A DNA stretch of 63,995 nucleotides, counting the filler, from Bonamia ostreae (lineage: Eukaryota): assembly GCA_040357525.1 (NCBI GenBank). It is 12 parts of 12 records of this genome, joined end to end, with 100 filler letters (N's around TTAATTAATTAA, not from the genome) between each part and the next. Parts side by side here need not be neighbours in the genome. Positions count along the whole stretch, not along the records: positions 42,920 to 48,161 come from JBDODL010000215.1; positions 48,262 to 53,495 come from JBDODL010000216.1; positions 53,596 to 58,824 come from JBDODL010000217.1; positions 58,925 to 63,995 come from JBDODL010000230.1; 8 more parts are not named here. The stretch is one strand, 5' to 3'. Position 1 is the first letter of the stretch; every line of letters begins with the position of its first letter. The position numbers and the translations under genes were made by a program. The notes under the pieces are model-generated. The model was not told the DNA's origin, did not search any database, and saw only the letters and a list, made by a program, of their open reading frames with translations. Shown here piece by piece: positions 47,896-60,565 of this stretch.

Positions 47896-48261
47896 TTTTG
47901 CAACAAATTTTGGGATTTTGGTCATCGCCGAATTTATAAAAATTTTAGTCGATAAAGATTTAAATCTCTCGTTAAAATACATTTCATCCTTTGTGGGTAT
48001 GTCGACGCTTCATTTTTGAAGAAATGTCGATATTGATGTAAATTTTAATTAGATTATTGCAAATTTTGTTGCAAGAATATTTGGATTTTTGATTGTCTGT
48101 TTTAGCAAATCCTTATTTTTGGAGAATATATTTTGTTTGCGATTTTTTGTGATGACATTTTNNNNNNNNNNNNNNNNNNNNNNNNNNNNNNNNNNNNNNN
48201 NNNNNTTAATTAATTAANNNNNNNNNNNNNNNNNNNNNNNNNNNNNNNNNNNNNNNNNNNN

Positions 48262-51200
48262 AATGCGCAAAAATCAACAATAACGTCAAAATCGATTATA
48301 AAATTTTTTAGACAAATTTTGCTTTTAAAACAATTTTTGTTTTTAAAAATTGCTCGAACGCATTTCTTTAACGGCAATTTTTCAATCAAAATCTTTTTGT
48401 TTATTGACGAAATTTTTGTCACGTCAAAATTAATTTTAAAATTTTCTTTTTCTTTCAATATCGAAAAATTTGCTCTTTCCGATATAATCTGTTTTTGATT
48501 AAATTTTTATTTTTGAACTAAAAACAACAAAATCGCAAACACTTTCCAAATCGAAGACATCGATCGACACAAAAACACTTAAAATGGTCGAATTTCGTTT
48601 GAAAAACTCCAAATCGACATTTGAAACATATTGACAAAATCTCTTATTCGCGGTTTGTGAAGCACAAAAGAAAAATTTTAAAAATTTTAAGAAAAATTCA
48701 AAATTTCCAACTTTTACAAATTCGATTTCACTTTTAATTCTTTCCGTCATTTTTCCAATTTTAATATTTTTGAACAAAAAATAATCAGAAAAAATTTTTT
48801 CGACGTCAAAATTGGAAAAATTTGTTTGATATTTGTAAACAAAATTTTCGATTGAAACATCTTCATCCAAATATTCAATGGCAGTAAAAATTATTTTTTC
48901 TGCAATCAAATCAATTTTTATTTTCGTAGAATTGTCTTCTTCCAAACCTTTGATATAGTCGACAAATCCAAAATTTTCAAACAAAACATCTTTTTTAAGA
49001 TATTTAAACTTTGTAAAAGAACAAAATTGGAAAAAGAAGAAGCGATTTTAGTTTCCTCTAAAAAAAATATTTTTGCTTCTGTCAAATTATTCCCAAAAAA
49101 GACAATAAAATTAATTGTAAAACTTTGAGCAAATATAAAATTCTTTGACAAAATATTCGAGATTTCCATTTTAACTTCGAATTGGCCGTTTTTGTATTTT
49201 GATTCAAATTTTTCTTTTTTTGATTGCAAAATTTAATTTTTGTAAACAAATAATGAAAACCGACCAAAACATCAAATCTCTCTTCGTTTTTTACATTACG
49301 TGGCAAAATGGCCACAGAATTTACAAAATCGACCATTACTGTCAAATAATCTTCTTTTTCTATATCATCTCGACAAAGTACACTTTTCGAGTTTCCGAAC
49401 AAACGAGAAAATTCGGCGACAATTCGATTAACGATAAAATTCAACACAAATTGAATTCTGCTTGCCAAGGCTATCACGCCCATTCCGAAAAATTTTATTA
49501 AAAGATCGTTTTTCTTTCCGCTGTAGAAAAATAGAATTCTGTCGTTTTTCTGTTTTTCAAATATCTTTTCTGCGCAGAACAGATATTTTCTGAAAATCTC
49601 GTCTTCGAAAACGCTCAAAGAAGCTTTTCTGAGACATCCTTCGATTTTTGTAAAAGCGCTCAAATCAATTTTGACATCGCAGATCGAGTTCAAAGTAATC
49701 ATTCCGACATTTTCGGCAATTTTTCGGCAGAACAAAATTTTTGTCGTTCCGTGAAAACGGAATCTTATTTTGATCGTTTCGAAATAATCCAAAATTTTTT
49801 TGTTAATCGAAAACTTAAAAATTAAATTGGAAAAATGGTTTTTAGGAAAATCATTTTTGAAACCATTTTTGTATCAAATTTTTTATTGTTATCCTCGATA
49901 GGCGTGGAACCACATTGGATAGTTAAAAAAGCGTTTTTCGCAAAAACGTCAATTGCGACAAATCTGTTTTTGATATTCAACAAATCCAATTTCACACAAA
50001 TTCGAACGCAATTTATAAAATTTTGTATTCGAAAGCCACTTTTTATTCTTATTTGCTTTCTACGCCCGATAAAATTTTTGTAACAACAATCAAATTTTTT
50101 TAGTTCCAATAACGGAAAATTTGTTTTTGCAAGTTTTTCCAAAAAAAGTTTAGTTTTTAATACAAAAAAGTTCATTTTTTTCAGAATTTTAAGAATATTT
50201 TTAAAATTTCGTTTTTTTGCGGCAAAATTTTCCATTTTAGCAACAACTACAGAAAAAGAGCTAAAATTGAATTGGATTTGGGCAAAATCGCAACAAAGTT
50301 TTTCACGGAAAATTTTCAACTTTTCCGCAAATAATAATTGAATTCCGTTTACCACAAAAATCCCAAAATTTACGAAAATTAAAATTTTGCGGTTCTTTTC
50401 TCGACAAAATTCAATGTCTTTCGCGTTAAAATACGCCAACATTTTCTCGTTTTCGAAAATTTTTAAAGAAAAATTTTCGATTACGATTTTTTCGCGTTGT
50501 TTAACAAAATTTTTTCCGGCGCCATTTTCGATCCCGTTATTTTTAAAAATCGCGTTATTGAAAAATTGAACACTTGATTTTTTGTTATGAAGTTTAAAAC
50601 ATAATTTTTTCGAGCGTCAAATTTTGAAACAACAAATTTTGAAAAAAATCGAAAATTTGAATGTTGAAATCGATGTTTAAATATTTTATTGTTACAACAA
50701 GGCGATTTTGCTCAACTTTAACATCAACAAAATTTTGATAAATTTTATTTGAAAAATGGTCGATTTTCAACTCAAAATTTTTATTTTCGTTTTGCTTAAA
50801 AAATTTGGCTATTAATTTTGTTTTTAATTTCCGATTTTGAGTAAAATTTAGCCCTTGAGAATCAATTTCAGTTTTGATAAAATAAAATTTTGTTATTTCG
50901 ATAAAAAAATTATCTCGTTTTGTTTTATTGAATTTTTCTTTTTTTGTTATAACTTTTTGAACAAAAATAATTTTTGGAAAAAATAATTTAACTTTTTTTT
51001 GTAATACTGCGCGAAAGAAATATCTTTTTTGACAGAGCATTCCATTTTTTCATCGCATTTGAAACTCTGAAAATTTTTAAAGAAAAGGAATTTAAAAGCG
51101 CAAAAAAATGATCGGAAAGGTCAAATTTTGCGATTTTAAATGATTTGGGACAAAAAATGAATTCAAAATTTTTTATTTTCACAATTTTGTCAGTTTTTGG

Positions 51201-51798
51201 GATTTTACCCAATTTTCGACATTTTTTTCCGACTGTAAAATTTTGGAATAGAAAAATTTCATTACAATATTTTTGTTTTGAAATAGCATTTCGCTCCATT
51301 TTCAACAGATTAAAATTTATCGAAAAAATATTGTCAAAATTGGCTCCAATAACGATTTTGTCCATTTTTAACCAAAAAAGTTCATTTTCATGTTGCAATA
51401 ACATCACAACATTTCTTATTGTTATCTTTACAAGTTTTTAAGACAGTTTTTTAAAGGAGTTTAAAAATGGCCAAAACAAAAACATTTGCAAACAGAAACA
51501 ATTTTTTAAAATATTTTTGATTATTTAAATCTCTCCAGTTTTGCTCATAGTTCTGCAAAAGCTGTACAAACAAATGTAAATCGTCGATTTTGACATTAAT
51601 AAATCGTTTTCTGAAAAATTTGAAAACGATAAAAATTTGAAAGGCGCAACCATTTTTAATTTTGACTTTTTCACTAAACTTAAGAAATTTGTTTGTGAAA
51701 ATTAGTGCAGAATTTTCGATTTTGACGTTCTTAATCAAAATAGTTTTTTGTGCCAAGTTTAAACTGATATTTCCAAGTTTAATGTGCAAAGGTTTCAA
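48262..51798 (-). CDS. Large, highly AT-biased hypothetical protein, multi-exon, partial
   Basis: Series of F/I/K/N-rich ORFs with beta-strand character; possibly a bridge-like lipid transfer family (weak). Confidence 0.4.
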
Positions 51799-52089
51799 GA
51801 NNNNNNNNNNAGAAATTTATAATTGTCAAAAATATGTTGGACATTTTTGCAGTTATTTTGATTTAACTAAAATTTTGTAATTTTGGTTTCTCATTTATCG
51901 TTATTGCGTATAACAATTTTTTTGTTAAAGAATTTTTGCTTTTTTTGCGGAACTGATCGATAAACTTAAACAGATAAAGTCTTAAACTCGAAAAAAAACC
52001 ATCCTTAAAACAAATTTAGCCAAATCAAGCTTACTGTGATTATATTCAAAAACCTAAAACATCCAAATCAGACTTGATTAGTCGACAAA

Positions 52090-53495
52090 ATGTCTCCTCA
52101 AACTCTTTTTATAAAAAACATACCGCCATTTTTCACAGACGTAGATTTAAAAGCTTTAATTGAAAAAGCTTCAAAAACAAAAGCTGTCTTTATCGCGAGG
52201 AACAAAAAAACTCAAGAATCTAGAAGTTTTGGATATGCAAAATTCCCCGACGAAATCGAATTAAAAAAAGCTGAAAGTTATTTGAAAAACAGACAAATTG
52301 AAAATTATCAATTAAATGTTGAAATGGCGAACAAAAGGAAAAACAAAAATGAGAAAACCAAAAAAGTACAAATTTCGAAATATCTTTTGATCAAAGGAAT
52401 TCCGGCAAATATTGATCAAAAACAGTTTTTTCGTCAATATTTAGATTTTTCAAAACAGTCAAAAAATTGAATAAAATCGAACATGTCATATTTCCAGCTC
52501 CAGAATCGACATTTGGGGATTTTTCAGGTTCAAACTTTATCAAAAATTTAGCAAGACTAATTTTCAAATCCGAAGAATTTGCGAAAACAGCAAAATTGAA
52601 AATTCCAAAAATATTTTCAAACATAAAAATGAATTTGTCGATTTACTTTTTAGGCAAAAACGAAAAGTTTTTTTCGACAAAATAATTTTTTACATTTTTT
52701 CAACAAATATTTGTTTATTTTATAATTGTTTCGACAAATATTTTTTTCGACCAAGTAATTTTTCTATAAACATTAAAATGGACAGATTAAGTCGCTTAAT
52801 AGTGAGAAACGCCCCTTTTCAAATAAACGAAAAAGACTTTGAAAAAATATTTGGTCAATTCGGGAAAATAAAAGAAGTCAATCTAATTTACCAAACGACT
52901 AAAAATAACTAAAATTTAGCAAAATTAAATATTTTAATAAAAAAAATTAAATATTTTTATCAATAATTCGAACGACATTTTTATAAAAAAAATCTAGATG
53001 AAAATGCCGAAAGACGAGAAAAACAATGCGAAAGGTTATCTTTTCATCGAATACGAAAATATCGAATCTGCTGCAAAAGCAATCGATTCATTAAACGGAC
53101 TGAAAATTATCGACAGAAAAATTGTCGTTTTATTTTGAAAATTTTGAACAAAAATTAAAGGTTGATTGGGCCATCTCAAAATTACATTATGAAAGAATCC
53201 AACAGAAGAGAGAAAAAATTAGTCAAAAAATTATCCAAAAAAATAAAAAATTTGATCAAATTAAAATCGATCCGGAGAAAAAATTGATCGAAAAAGAAAA
53301 TTTGATTAAAGAAGACGAAGAACTGATGAAAAAAAATTTGGTCAAAAAATCAAAATTTGGTGATGTTTCTGAGAAAAGAACAATTTTCATCTCAAATTTG
53401 TCAACAGAAATAACCAAAAAAGAGCTTTTTGAAGCTTTTAAAAAAATTGGACGAATAAATTACATTAAAATTGTAATTGATTCTGTTACAAAGGA
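52090..53495 (+). CDS. RBM28: Multi-RRM nucleolar protein RBM28/Nop4, 3'-truncated
   Basis: TLFIKNIP...SRSFGYAKF, RLIVRNAPF, KGYLFIEY, VDWAISK, RTIFISNL. Confidence 0.85.
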
Positions 53496-53595
53496 NNNNN
53501 NNNNNNNNNNNNNNNNNNNNNNNNNNNNNNNNNNNNNNNTTAATTAATTAANNNNNNNNNNNNNNNNNNNNNNNNNNNNNNNNNNNNNNNNNNNN

Positions 53596-54459
53596 TAAAA
53601 TTTTATTTTTTGGATTGTAAATTTTTAGCTTTCTTTCTTGAAATATTTTTGACATTAAAATTCGCAAAATTTAGTTTTGAAACCAAAATTATGTTGATCA
53701 ATCTCATCAGCCGATCTGGCAGATTGCTCCAATTAAACACCAAAAACACCAACGCGAATCCCAGATACGCGAACAACGCTCCAGATGACCCGACCGAAAT
53801 TCGGGTCGAATGCTCGACCACAGCTGAAAACGCCGTGGCGCCCCAAGCGCCCACAAAGAAAGCGAACGCTATGCGCCAATGACCCCAATCTTTCTCGAAG
53901 AAAAAACCCAAAATCAATTGGAAAAAGACGTTGAAGAAAATGTGAGAAAAATTTGCGTGCAGAAAAGCGGGAGTGATAAATCGGAAAACTTGTCCTTCTT
54001 GTATTTTCGGCAAGCTGCTCGCTCCTAAGAGCACTAGCGCGTCCTTTGAAGCGAATTTTGGTATTTTTGAAATTACAAATTTTTAACGAAGAAATAATTT
54101 TTAACGACAAACAAAAAATAAATTTTAACGAAAAACAAAAAAAATTCTTTAAAAAGAAAAACTGAAAAAAACCGGATTAATAGAAATGTCATTATCAACG
54201 ACGACGAAGATTATTTTACTGCCCACAAATTTGGCTACGACGATACTAACGACAAACATTAAGATCTAAAATTGCATTGTGAACAAATTGAAACTTGTAT
54301 CAGAATAATGAAAAAATTGAAAGTGAGCACATTGAAAAAGGGGAAATAGATTTTCGAAATTTTCGGCCAAACCGTTTCGTACGTCGAAGGCAATCCTCTC
54401 GCGTTTGCGTTACCATTTCTACTGTTTTCTATATCTGCGACTGTATGGACATTCGCCAT
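53596..54459 (-). CDS. Rhomboid intramembrane serine protease, 3'-truncated
   Basis: GQVFRFITPAFLHANFSHIFFN, catalytic VGSSGALF. Confidence 0.93.
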
Positions 54460-54699
54460 TTTAGCGAAGTTAAAAGTTTTTAATATAATTTTTATTAAAG
54501 AGTTTTAAATAAAGAGCTTTAAATTATTATTTTTATTAGTTTTCGTTATGTTTTTTGTTATAAAAATTTTTGTATTTCAAAGAATCTCTGAGACGGCTTT
54601 TATTAGAAATATTTGGAAAATGTGTTTATTGTTTGGAATATTAGGACAAAATATTAAAAATTTTGAAAATGTTTACAAAACGCAATGTTCCCAAGGATC

Positions 54700-57436
54700 C
54701 AAATTAATGCCATTTATGCATTCCTTTTCATATTCTAAAGCTGTTTTTTTGAAGTGAAAATTTTCGATTTTTGATAATTTGCAAGCTTTTCCTCTTTTCA
54801 CTTTAGTTCGTTTTTAGCAAATTTTTAAATCAATTTTAGTTTTGACAAAAAAATCGATTTTTATTAAAATTTTTTGTAAATTTTGCTTTAACGAAAAATA
54901 ATTATTAATTTAAGTTTTCAATTTTTAAAAGTAAAACTTTTGCATTCAAAAACTCCATCGTTCAATTTTAGAGATTTTAATTCTCCAAAATTGTCTTTAT
55001 ACATAAAATTGAAATCAACACAATAAATTCGTTTATCCAAATTGATCGATTTATTATAATTTAGATCGTTTAACGCATTGCATTTTGTCTCGCAAAATTT
55101 TTCGAGATTTTTATCATTCTGATTTTTAAGAACACAATTTGTCGTTGTTAACATAAAATTTTTCCTTTTCATCAGTTCAACTAAACTTTCTAAAGAACAG
55201 TCTTTTCTGGCTAAATTTTAAAATTTGAAGAAAACGTTTACAAAATGAATTTGTGTTGTTTTCATCAACATTTTGATTTCCATTAAATTTGAAAAGTCCG
55301 TTATCGCAATATATTAAAGCTTTTAATCCGGATTTTGTACAAGTCGCATTAATTTGTTGCTTATTTTCGATTCCATTTGTTGTTGAATTTATTGATATCA
55401 AATTTAATGGTAAACCGGCAAAAAAACAAAAATTCGATTTTACTTTTTTTATTAATTTTTTTGAATATTTTTAATCTCTTTATTAATTTTTATTTTTAAA
55501 TATTTTTATTTTTTATTTATTTTTTTAGACATTTTTAACTTAGTAAACTTTTACAGCTAATTTCCTTTTCGAAATCATAATTCCATCCATTTTTGGTGCA
55601 AACAACAAAAAAATGATCCAAGTTTTTACCAAAAACCGAAAATCCGTTTTCACAAAAAAATTTACATTTTTCTCCGATTTTAAATTCATTTTCGGTTTGG
55701 CTAAAACACTCAAATTTAACCAAATTTTGATTAAAAATAGCGTTTTTGTCGCAACGAAAGCATTTTTCCAAAAACAATTTTTGACTAAAAACGTTAGAAA
55801 TGCCATTTTCGTTATTATTTAACAAATAAATTTGGTTATTTTTGCAGTAAATTTTAGCTTTTTCTTTCGGATATTTTTTGCAATTAATTTGAACTGTTTC
55901 GTTAAAAATGTGATTTTTGTTTGTTTCAATTTCTATTTCGGAAACGTTTTTCAGATCACCCAATTTGCAGTAATCTTCGCGATCTTGTTATTTTGAAACA
56001 ATTTTTTATTTGAAAATAATTTTAATTAACCTTCGCAAATAAACGATTCCAAATTGGAAAATGGATCGGCAAAATATTCCCCGTAAAACGTTCCAGGAAG
56101 TTTGATTTTCCAATCTCCAAAACAATACAAAACAATTTTGTCCAGATTTTGCTTAAAAGCTCTAAAGTTGTCTTTACAGATCACGGAGCAACTTTCGCCA
56201 TAATCGAAAAAGTCTTTGTTGCACTTAAGAAGAATGTTTGGTTTTAACAATTGGTTTTTCAGGATTTGGACGGGACATCGCTCTGATTTTTATTAAAAAA
56301 TTAGTGACCAAAAAATAAAATTACAAAAAAAATTAAGTCGGAAAAAATTACAAAAATCTTACGAAAAACGTTTACAAAAAGATTTGGCCAAATAGCTGTC
56401 GACAATTTCGCCATCAAAAGTATAAAGAATATTTCCTCTGTAACAATAAACATATTTTTTAACGTTTGGAAAATCGGCACAAAAAATTGTTGCATTTTCA
56501 TCTTTCAGAACGCCATTTTTATCAATTTTGTTTTCAAGTTTCAACGGAAACGGCAAATTTTTTGTGTCGCAATATTCTTCATGTACTTTTTAAAATCGAT
56601 TGTAACAATGAAAATTGATAAAAAAGCCTTTTAAAAACCTTCACAGTAAAAAGTACTTTTCTCAACAAAAAATTCATCGTCGTATTGCCAACCACCTTTA
56701 CATGTGACAACGACTTTGTTTCTGTCATATTCGTTTGCGAAAACATGTTTTCTGAAATCAGAGCAAATTATTTCACATTTTTCATCCCATTCAAAAATCT
56801 CTTTTTCGCAATTAAAAATTGTCATGTTGGCTCCAATGTTCTCCAGCAACCTTTTTTTGCTGCATTGGACTATTTTAAGTTATTGTTACAACCTTTGCAC
56901 TTATTGGCAACATAATCGAATGTAACAATCGGATCGAACCAAAAATCAACATTAAGTTTCAATACGTTATTTTCGCAATACAAATTTAATGCGCCGTTTT
57001 CCGCCCCGTTTTTGCAAAATATTTTTGTTTTCTGGTTTTCGATAATACCTTCCAAATCGTTTTCGATTGTTGCGATCTCTTTCAAAAAATCGATTCCACA
57101 ATAATTTTTGTTTTTTGAAACTATTTTGCAATTTGATTTTTTATCAAATTTGCGAATACCGCTTCTATCGAAGAAAAACGATTTGTTGTAACAATAAATA
57201 TGTCCACCCGTTGAAGGCACAGAATTTTTGTAAAAATGGGTGTTTTCAGCGCATCTCAAAAAACATTTTGATCCGTTTTTCAAAGATTGCTTGTGCAAAC
57301 AATTTTTGTCCAATTTTGTGTAAACATTTAACATTTTTTGGAGTAAAATTAAATCGCAACTTTTTGTCGAATTTTTAGTTTTTGAGAGATGGATGAAAAT
57401 ATAGAAGAATATTAGATTTTTTAAGAAAGAAGCCAT
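54700..57436 (-). CDS. Cys-rich sushi-like repeat secreted/surface protein, multi-exon
   Basis: Signal MASFLKNLIFFYIFIHLS; modules GEKCKFFCENGF...CTKNGW, GESCSVICKDNF...CFGDW; 3' end approximate. Confidence 0.78.
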
Positions 57437-57800
57437 TTTTGTCTTTGTTGTTTTTTATATGGAAAAGGTGTTCGTGTTGATGAACGTTCTTTTTTTAAAA
57501 AATTTTGCTGTTTTTTGTTTTTGGAAATTTTGCTGTATTTTTACGTTTTTTGTAAATTTTAAAAAATTTGGGAAATTTAGTTTATTGCGAAAAAATTATA
57601 GCGCTTTTTAACAAAATTTCGATTTTGTCGTTTTTCGACTTTTCAAGGCCTTATTATAAAATTGAAATTGAAATATGATAAAAAGTTCCATATTTTAAAT
57701 TGAACAATTTAGAATATCAATTATATCGGTTTTTCGTTAAACAATAAAATACCAGCTTAAATTTTTAAGCTTTTGATATAAAACAAAAAGAAAAAAATAT

Positions 57801-58824
57801 ATGTCTCCTATTTGTCAAAATTTTTGAAAAGTTTTATTTAAAAAAATAGAACTCGTTGTAAATAAAACCGAATCGGAGATAAATCAAAGTCTCAATAACA
57901 GTTCTATGGTACTCAACGAAATTGGTTATTTTCTATAATTTTGTTATCGAATTTCAAATTTGCCAAAATTATTTGTTATTGAAAGAATTTGATGGCGATT
58001 TCTTTAACAGTTTTTTGACGGAAGAACTTTCAGAATTTGGGATTGCTAAAGCGACGGCGTCGAATTTGAGAATTGAAATGCCGTCGATTTTTAGTTTAAC
58101 CAACCAGGCGATCACTTTATTTCTTGGAATTGTTGACATTAGAATCGATTCTGTTCTTGGGCGAGAAAGAATATCTTCCGATAAAAATGATCAGTTTTTA
58201 TTTAAAATGAAAATTTTTTTATTAAACATAAAAACATCAAAATTTGATTAAAATTGAAAAATATCAAAATTTCGTTTAAAATAAAAAAATATCAAAATTA
58301 AAAATATTAAAATTGAAGAAAAAACAATTCATATGGATTGGCTCAAAATTTAGTTGATAATATGCGAGTGAAATTTGAATCAGTAAATATTTCTTTTGAA
58401 ATCGATTCTAAAGAACAAAATTTGGCAAATCGATTCATTTTTAAACTTTATTTCTTTAATTCGATTTTGGCACGAACAAATCAAAATTTTAAAGTTTTTT
58501 TCCAAATTGCTAATTAAAAAAAGCAAACGGCGATTAAAGAAATAAATTCTAAACTCGGCGATTATATATTAATTCACAAAATGCTGAAAACTCGTTTAGC
58601 ATTTGCAGAACTTTATTATTTGAAACCGGGCGATGAGACAATGAGTCACATCGTCTTGTTTGGGAATCAGTCTTTGGATTTGACAGTCAATCTTAATTTT
58701 ATTCTTTTCAGCAAAATTGCAATACAAAACAATTACAAAAAATGAAAAAAAATTTAGGACTAAAATTTCAATACAAAAATCGGCAAAATATTAATAGAAA
58801 AATGAGTAAAAATTTTAATAAAAA
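57801..58824 (+). CDS. Chorein-N/VPS13-like (BLTP3/UHRF1BP1-like) N-terminus, 3'-truncated
   Basis: IAKATASNLRIEMPSIFSLTNQAITLFL and SYGLAQNLVDNMRVKFESVNISFE resemble the chorein-N pattern. Confidence 0.55.
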
Positions 58825-59031
58825 NNNNNNNNNNNNNNNNNNNNNNNNNNNNNNNNNNNNNNNNNNNNTTAATTAATTAANNNNNNNNNNNNNNNNNNNN
58901 NNNNNNNNNNNNNNNNNNNNNNNNAAATTCGAAAAAGTAAGTTTGAAAATCAAAATTCGCGGTTCGGAAATGGCAACTATCGCAGTCGATACAAAATTGC
59001 AAGAAACGCAGAGACAAATTGCAATAAAAGT

Positions 59032-60069
59032 TTAGTCGCTTTCCTGTTCGAGCTCTCCACCCGAATCGCGGTTGAAGAGACGAGAGTCGTACATGACGAT
59101 GTTGTTGCTCTTGAGCGACTGGCCCAGCGCAATTTTCTCGCTGATGTCTCTCCGCTTTTCTCGCGCCTGGTGCCCTCTCTTCTTCTTGCGCTCTTCTTGC
59201 CGCAACTCGCGCCGCCGATCGTGCATTCTGTCTTTCCGCAGCTTCTCGCGCAATATGCGTTCTTTGAGCCTTTTCGCGCTTTCCTCCGAACTTTTCTTGT
59301 ACCGCGGCCGCTCTTCGCCGCGAGCGCTCGCGCTCTTTCTGTTCGAGGCTTTGGCGACGGCTTCGTTGTACTTCTCCTCCATCCGCTCTCGGACGTTTGA
59401 GACGAACTCCGCGTCGTGCGACTGCTGGATCGCGCCCATCGCGCGTTTCTCGAGTTCAGCTTCAGCCTTTTGTCGCTTCTGCTGCGCCAGGCGCTTTACC
59501 TGCTCTCCCCGCAAGCGGACGTTCTCGCGCGCGACGTTTTCGGCTTCGTAGAGCGCTGTGGACAGCGCTGAGAAGCGGCTGTTGATGGTGAACGACTCGT
59601 ATCCGCGGCCGTCGGCCGCGACTCTTTTGTCGAGCGGGATCGTGTAGCTCTTCACGTTCTTCCAGTTGGAGACGCACGGCGGGATCTTCCACTCGGCGGC
59701 TTCTTTACGCGAGAGCTTGCGAGGAGGGGATTGCAGCACCGGCGGAGGCGGGGAGGAGGCGCGCATCGGCTGTTTTCGGAAACGGTGTTTCGGGGGGTCG
59801 AGGGGGTCGAGGGGCATTTCCTGCAGTCGGATGACGCGCGTTTTGAGGGCGCTGTTGTGCTGTTGCGCCGGTTCGAACTTGACGTAGACCGGCTCGTTTT
59901 CTTTGGCCTTTCGGATGTCCCTTTGTTTCTTGGCTTCTATTTTGCCGCTGATGATCTTTTCGAGCGCCGTCCTGGTCTGCTCCGTGTTTTTGAGTCCTTC
60001 TTCTCTGGTCGGTTTGCGACTGATTTGCTTGTCGAAGTAGTTTTCGTTTTCGGGTCGCGTTGTGATCAT
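59032..60069 (-). CDS. SNW1: Spliceosomal protein SKIP/Prp45
   Basis: DPLDPPKHR, SPPPPVLQSPPRKL, WKIPPCVSNWKNVKSYTIPLDKRVAADGRG, RDISEKIALG, YDSRLFN. Confidence 0.97.
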   Translation of the reverse strand: MITTRPENENYFDKQISRKPTREEGLKNTEQTRTALEKIISGKIEAKKQRDIRKAKENEPVYVKFEPAQQHNSALKTRVIRLQEMPLDPLDPPKHRFRKQPMRASSPPPPVLQSPPRKLSRKEAAEWKIPPCVSNWKNVKSYTIPLDKRVAADGRGYESFTINSRFSALSTALYEAENVARENVRLRGEQVKRLAQQKRQKAEAELEKRAMGAIQQSHDAEFVSNVRERMEEKYNEAVAKASNRKSASARGEERPRYKKSSEESAKRLKERILREKLRKDRMHDRRRELRQEERKKKRGHQAREKRRDISEKIALGQSLKSNNIVMYDSRLFNRDSGGELEQESD

Positions 60070-60565
60070 TTTACTTTATCCTTTGTCTTTAATATCTTTT
60101 AAGGAACGATTAGTTTCTTTGTGTATAATGTCTTTTTTATTTGGATCGGTGGAAACGGCATCGGGATTCTATCTCTTATAACGTTGAATAATGTCTTAAA
60201 GCTGACAAAAAGAAACTCGACGACAGCAGAAATCAAAACGAAAACTAATAAAAATGCTCTATGAACAAAATAATAAAAAATTTGATAATCGCGAGACTTA
60301 TGCCTCCAAATACAAACAATGCAGAGGCACCGAATGCCTGTAACAATCAACCGACACTTCTTCTTTCTAAAAGAAATTACGCGATTGCAAATACTCAATT
60401 TAAAAAATTCTAAACAATTGATCCAAAATTATATTAGGAAACATAAAATAGACGTATAGACTTTACAAGAAACTAGGTCTAAAAACATAAACATCAAAGG
60501 ACATAAACAACTTGTATTTATATTTTAGAAAAATGTTTTGCAAAACGATAGAGAAAATCTTTTCA

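Noticed and set aside
5291-58924. Regularly spaced TTAATTAATTAA palindromes as a biological repeat or CRISPR-like array
   Set aside because: Always embedded in fixed N runs between size-sorted contigs; an artificial linker. ORFs ending in LIN are artefacts of it.
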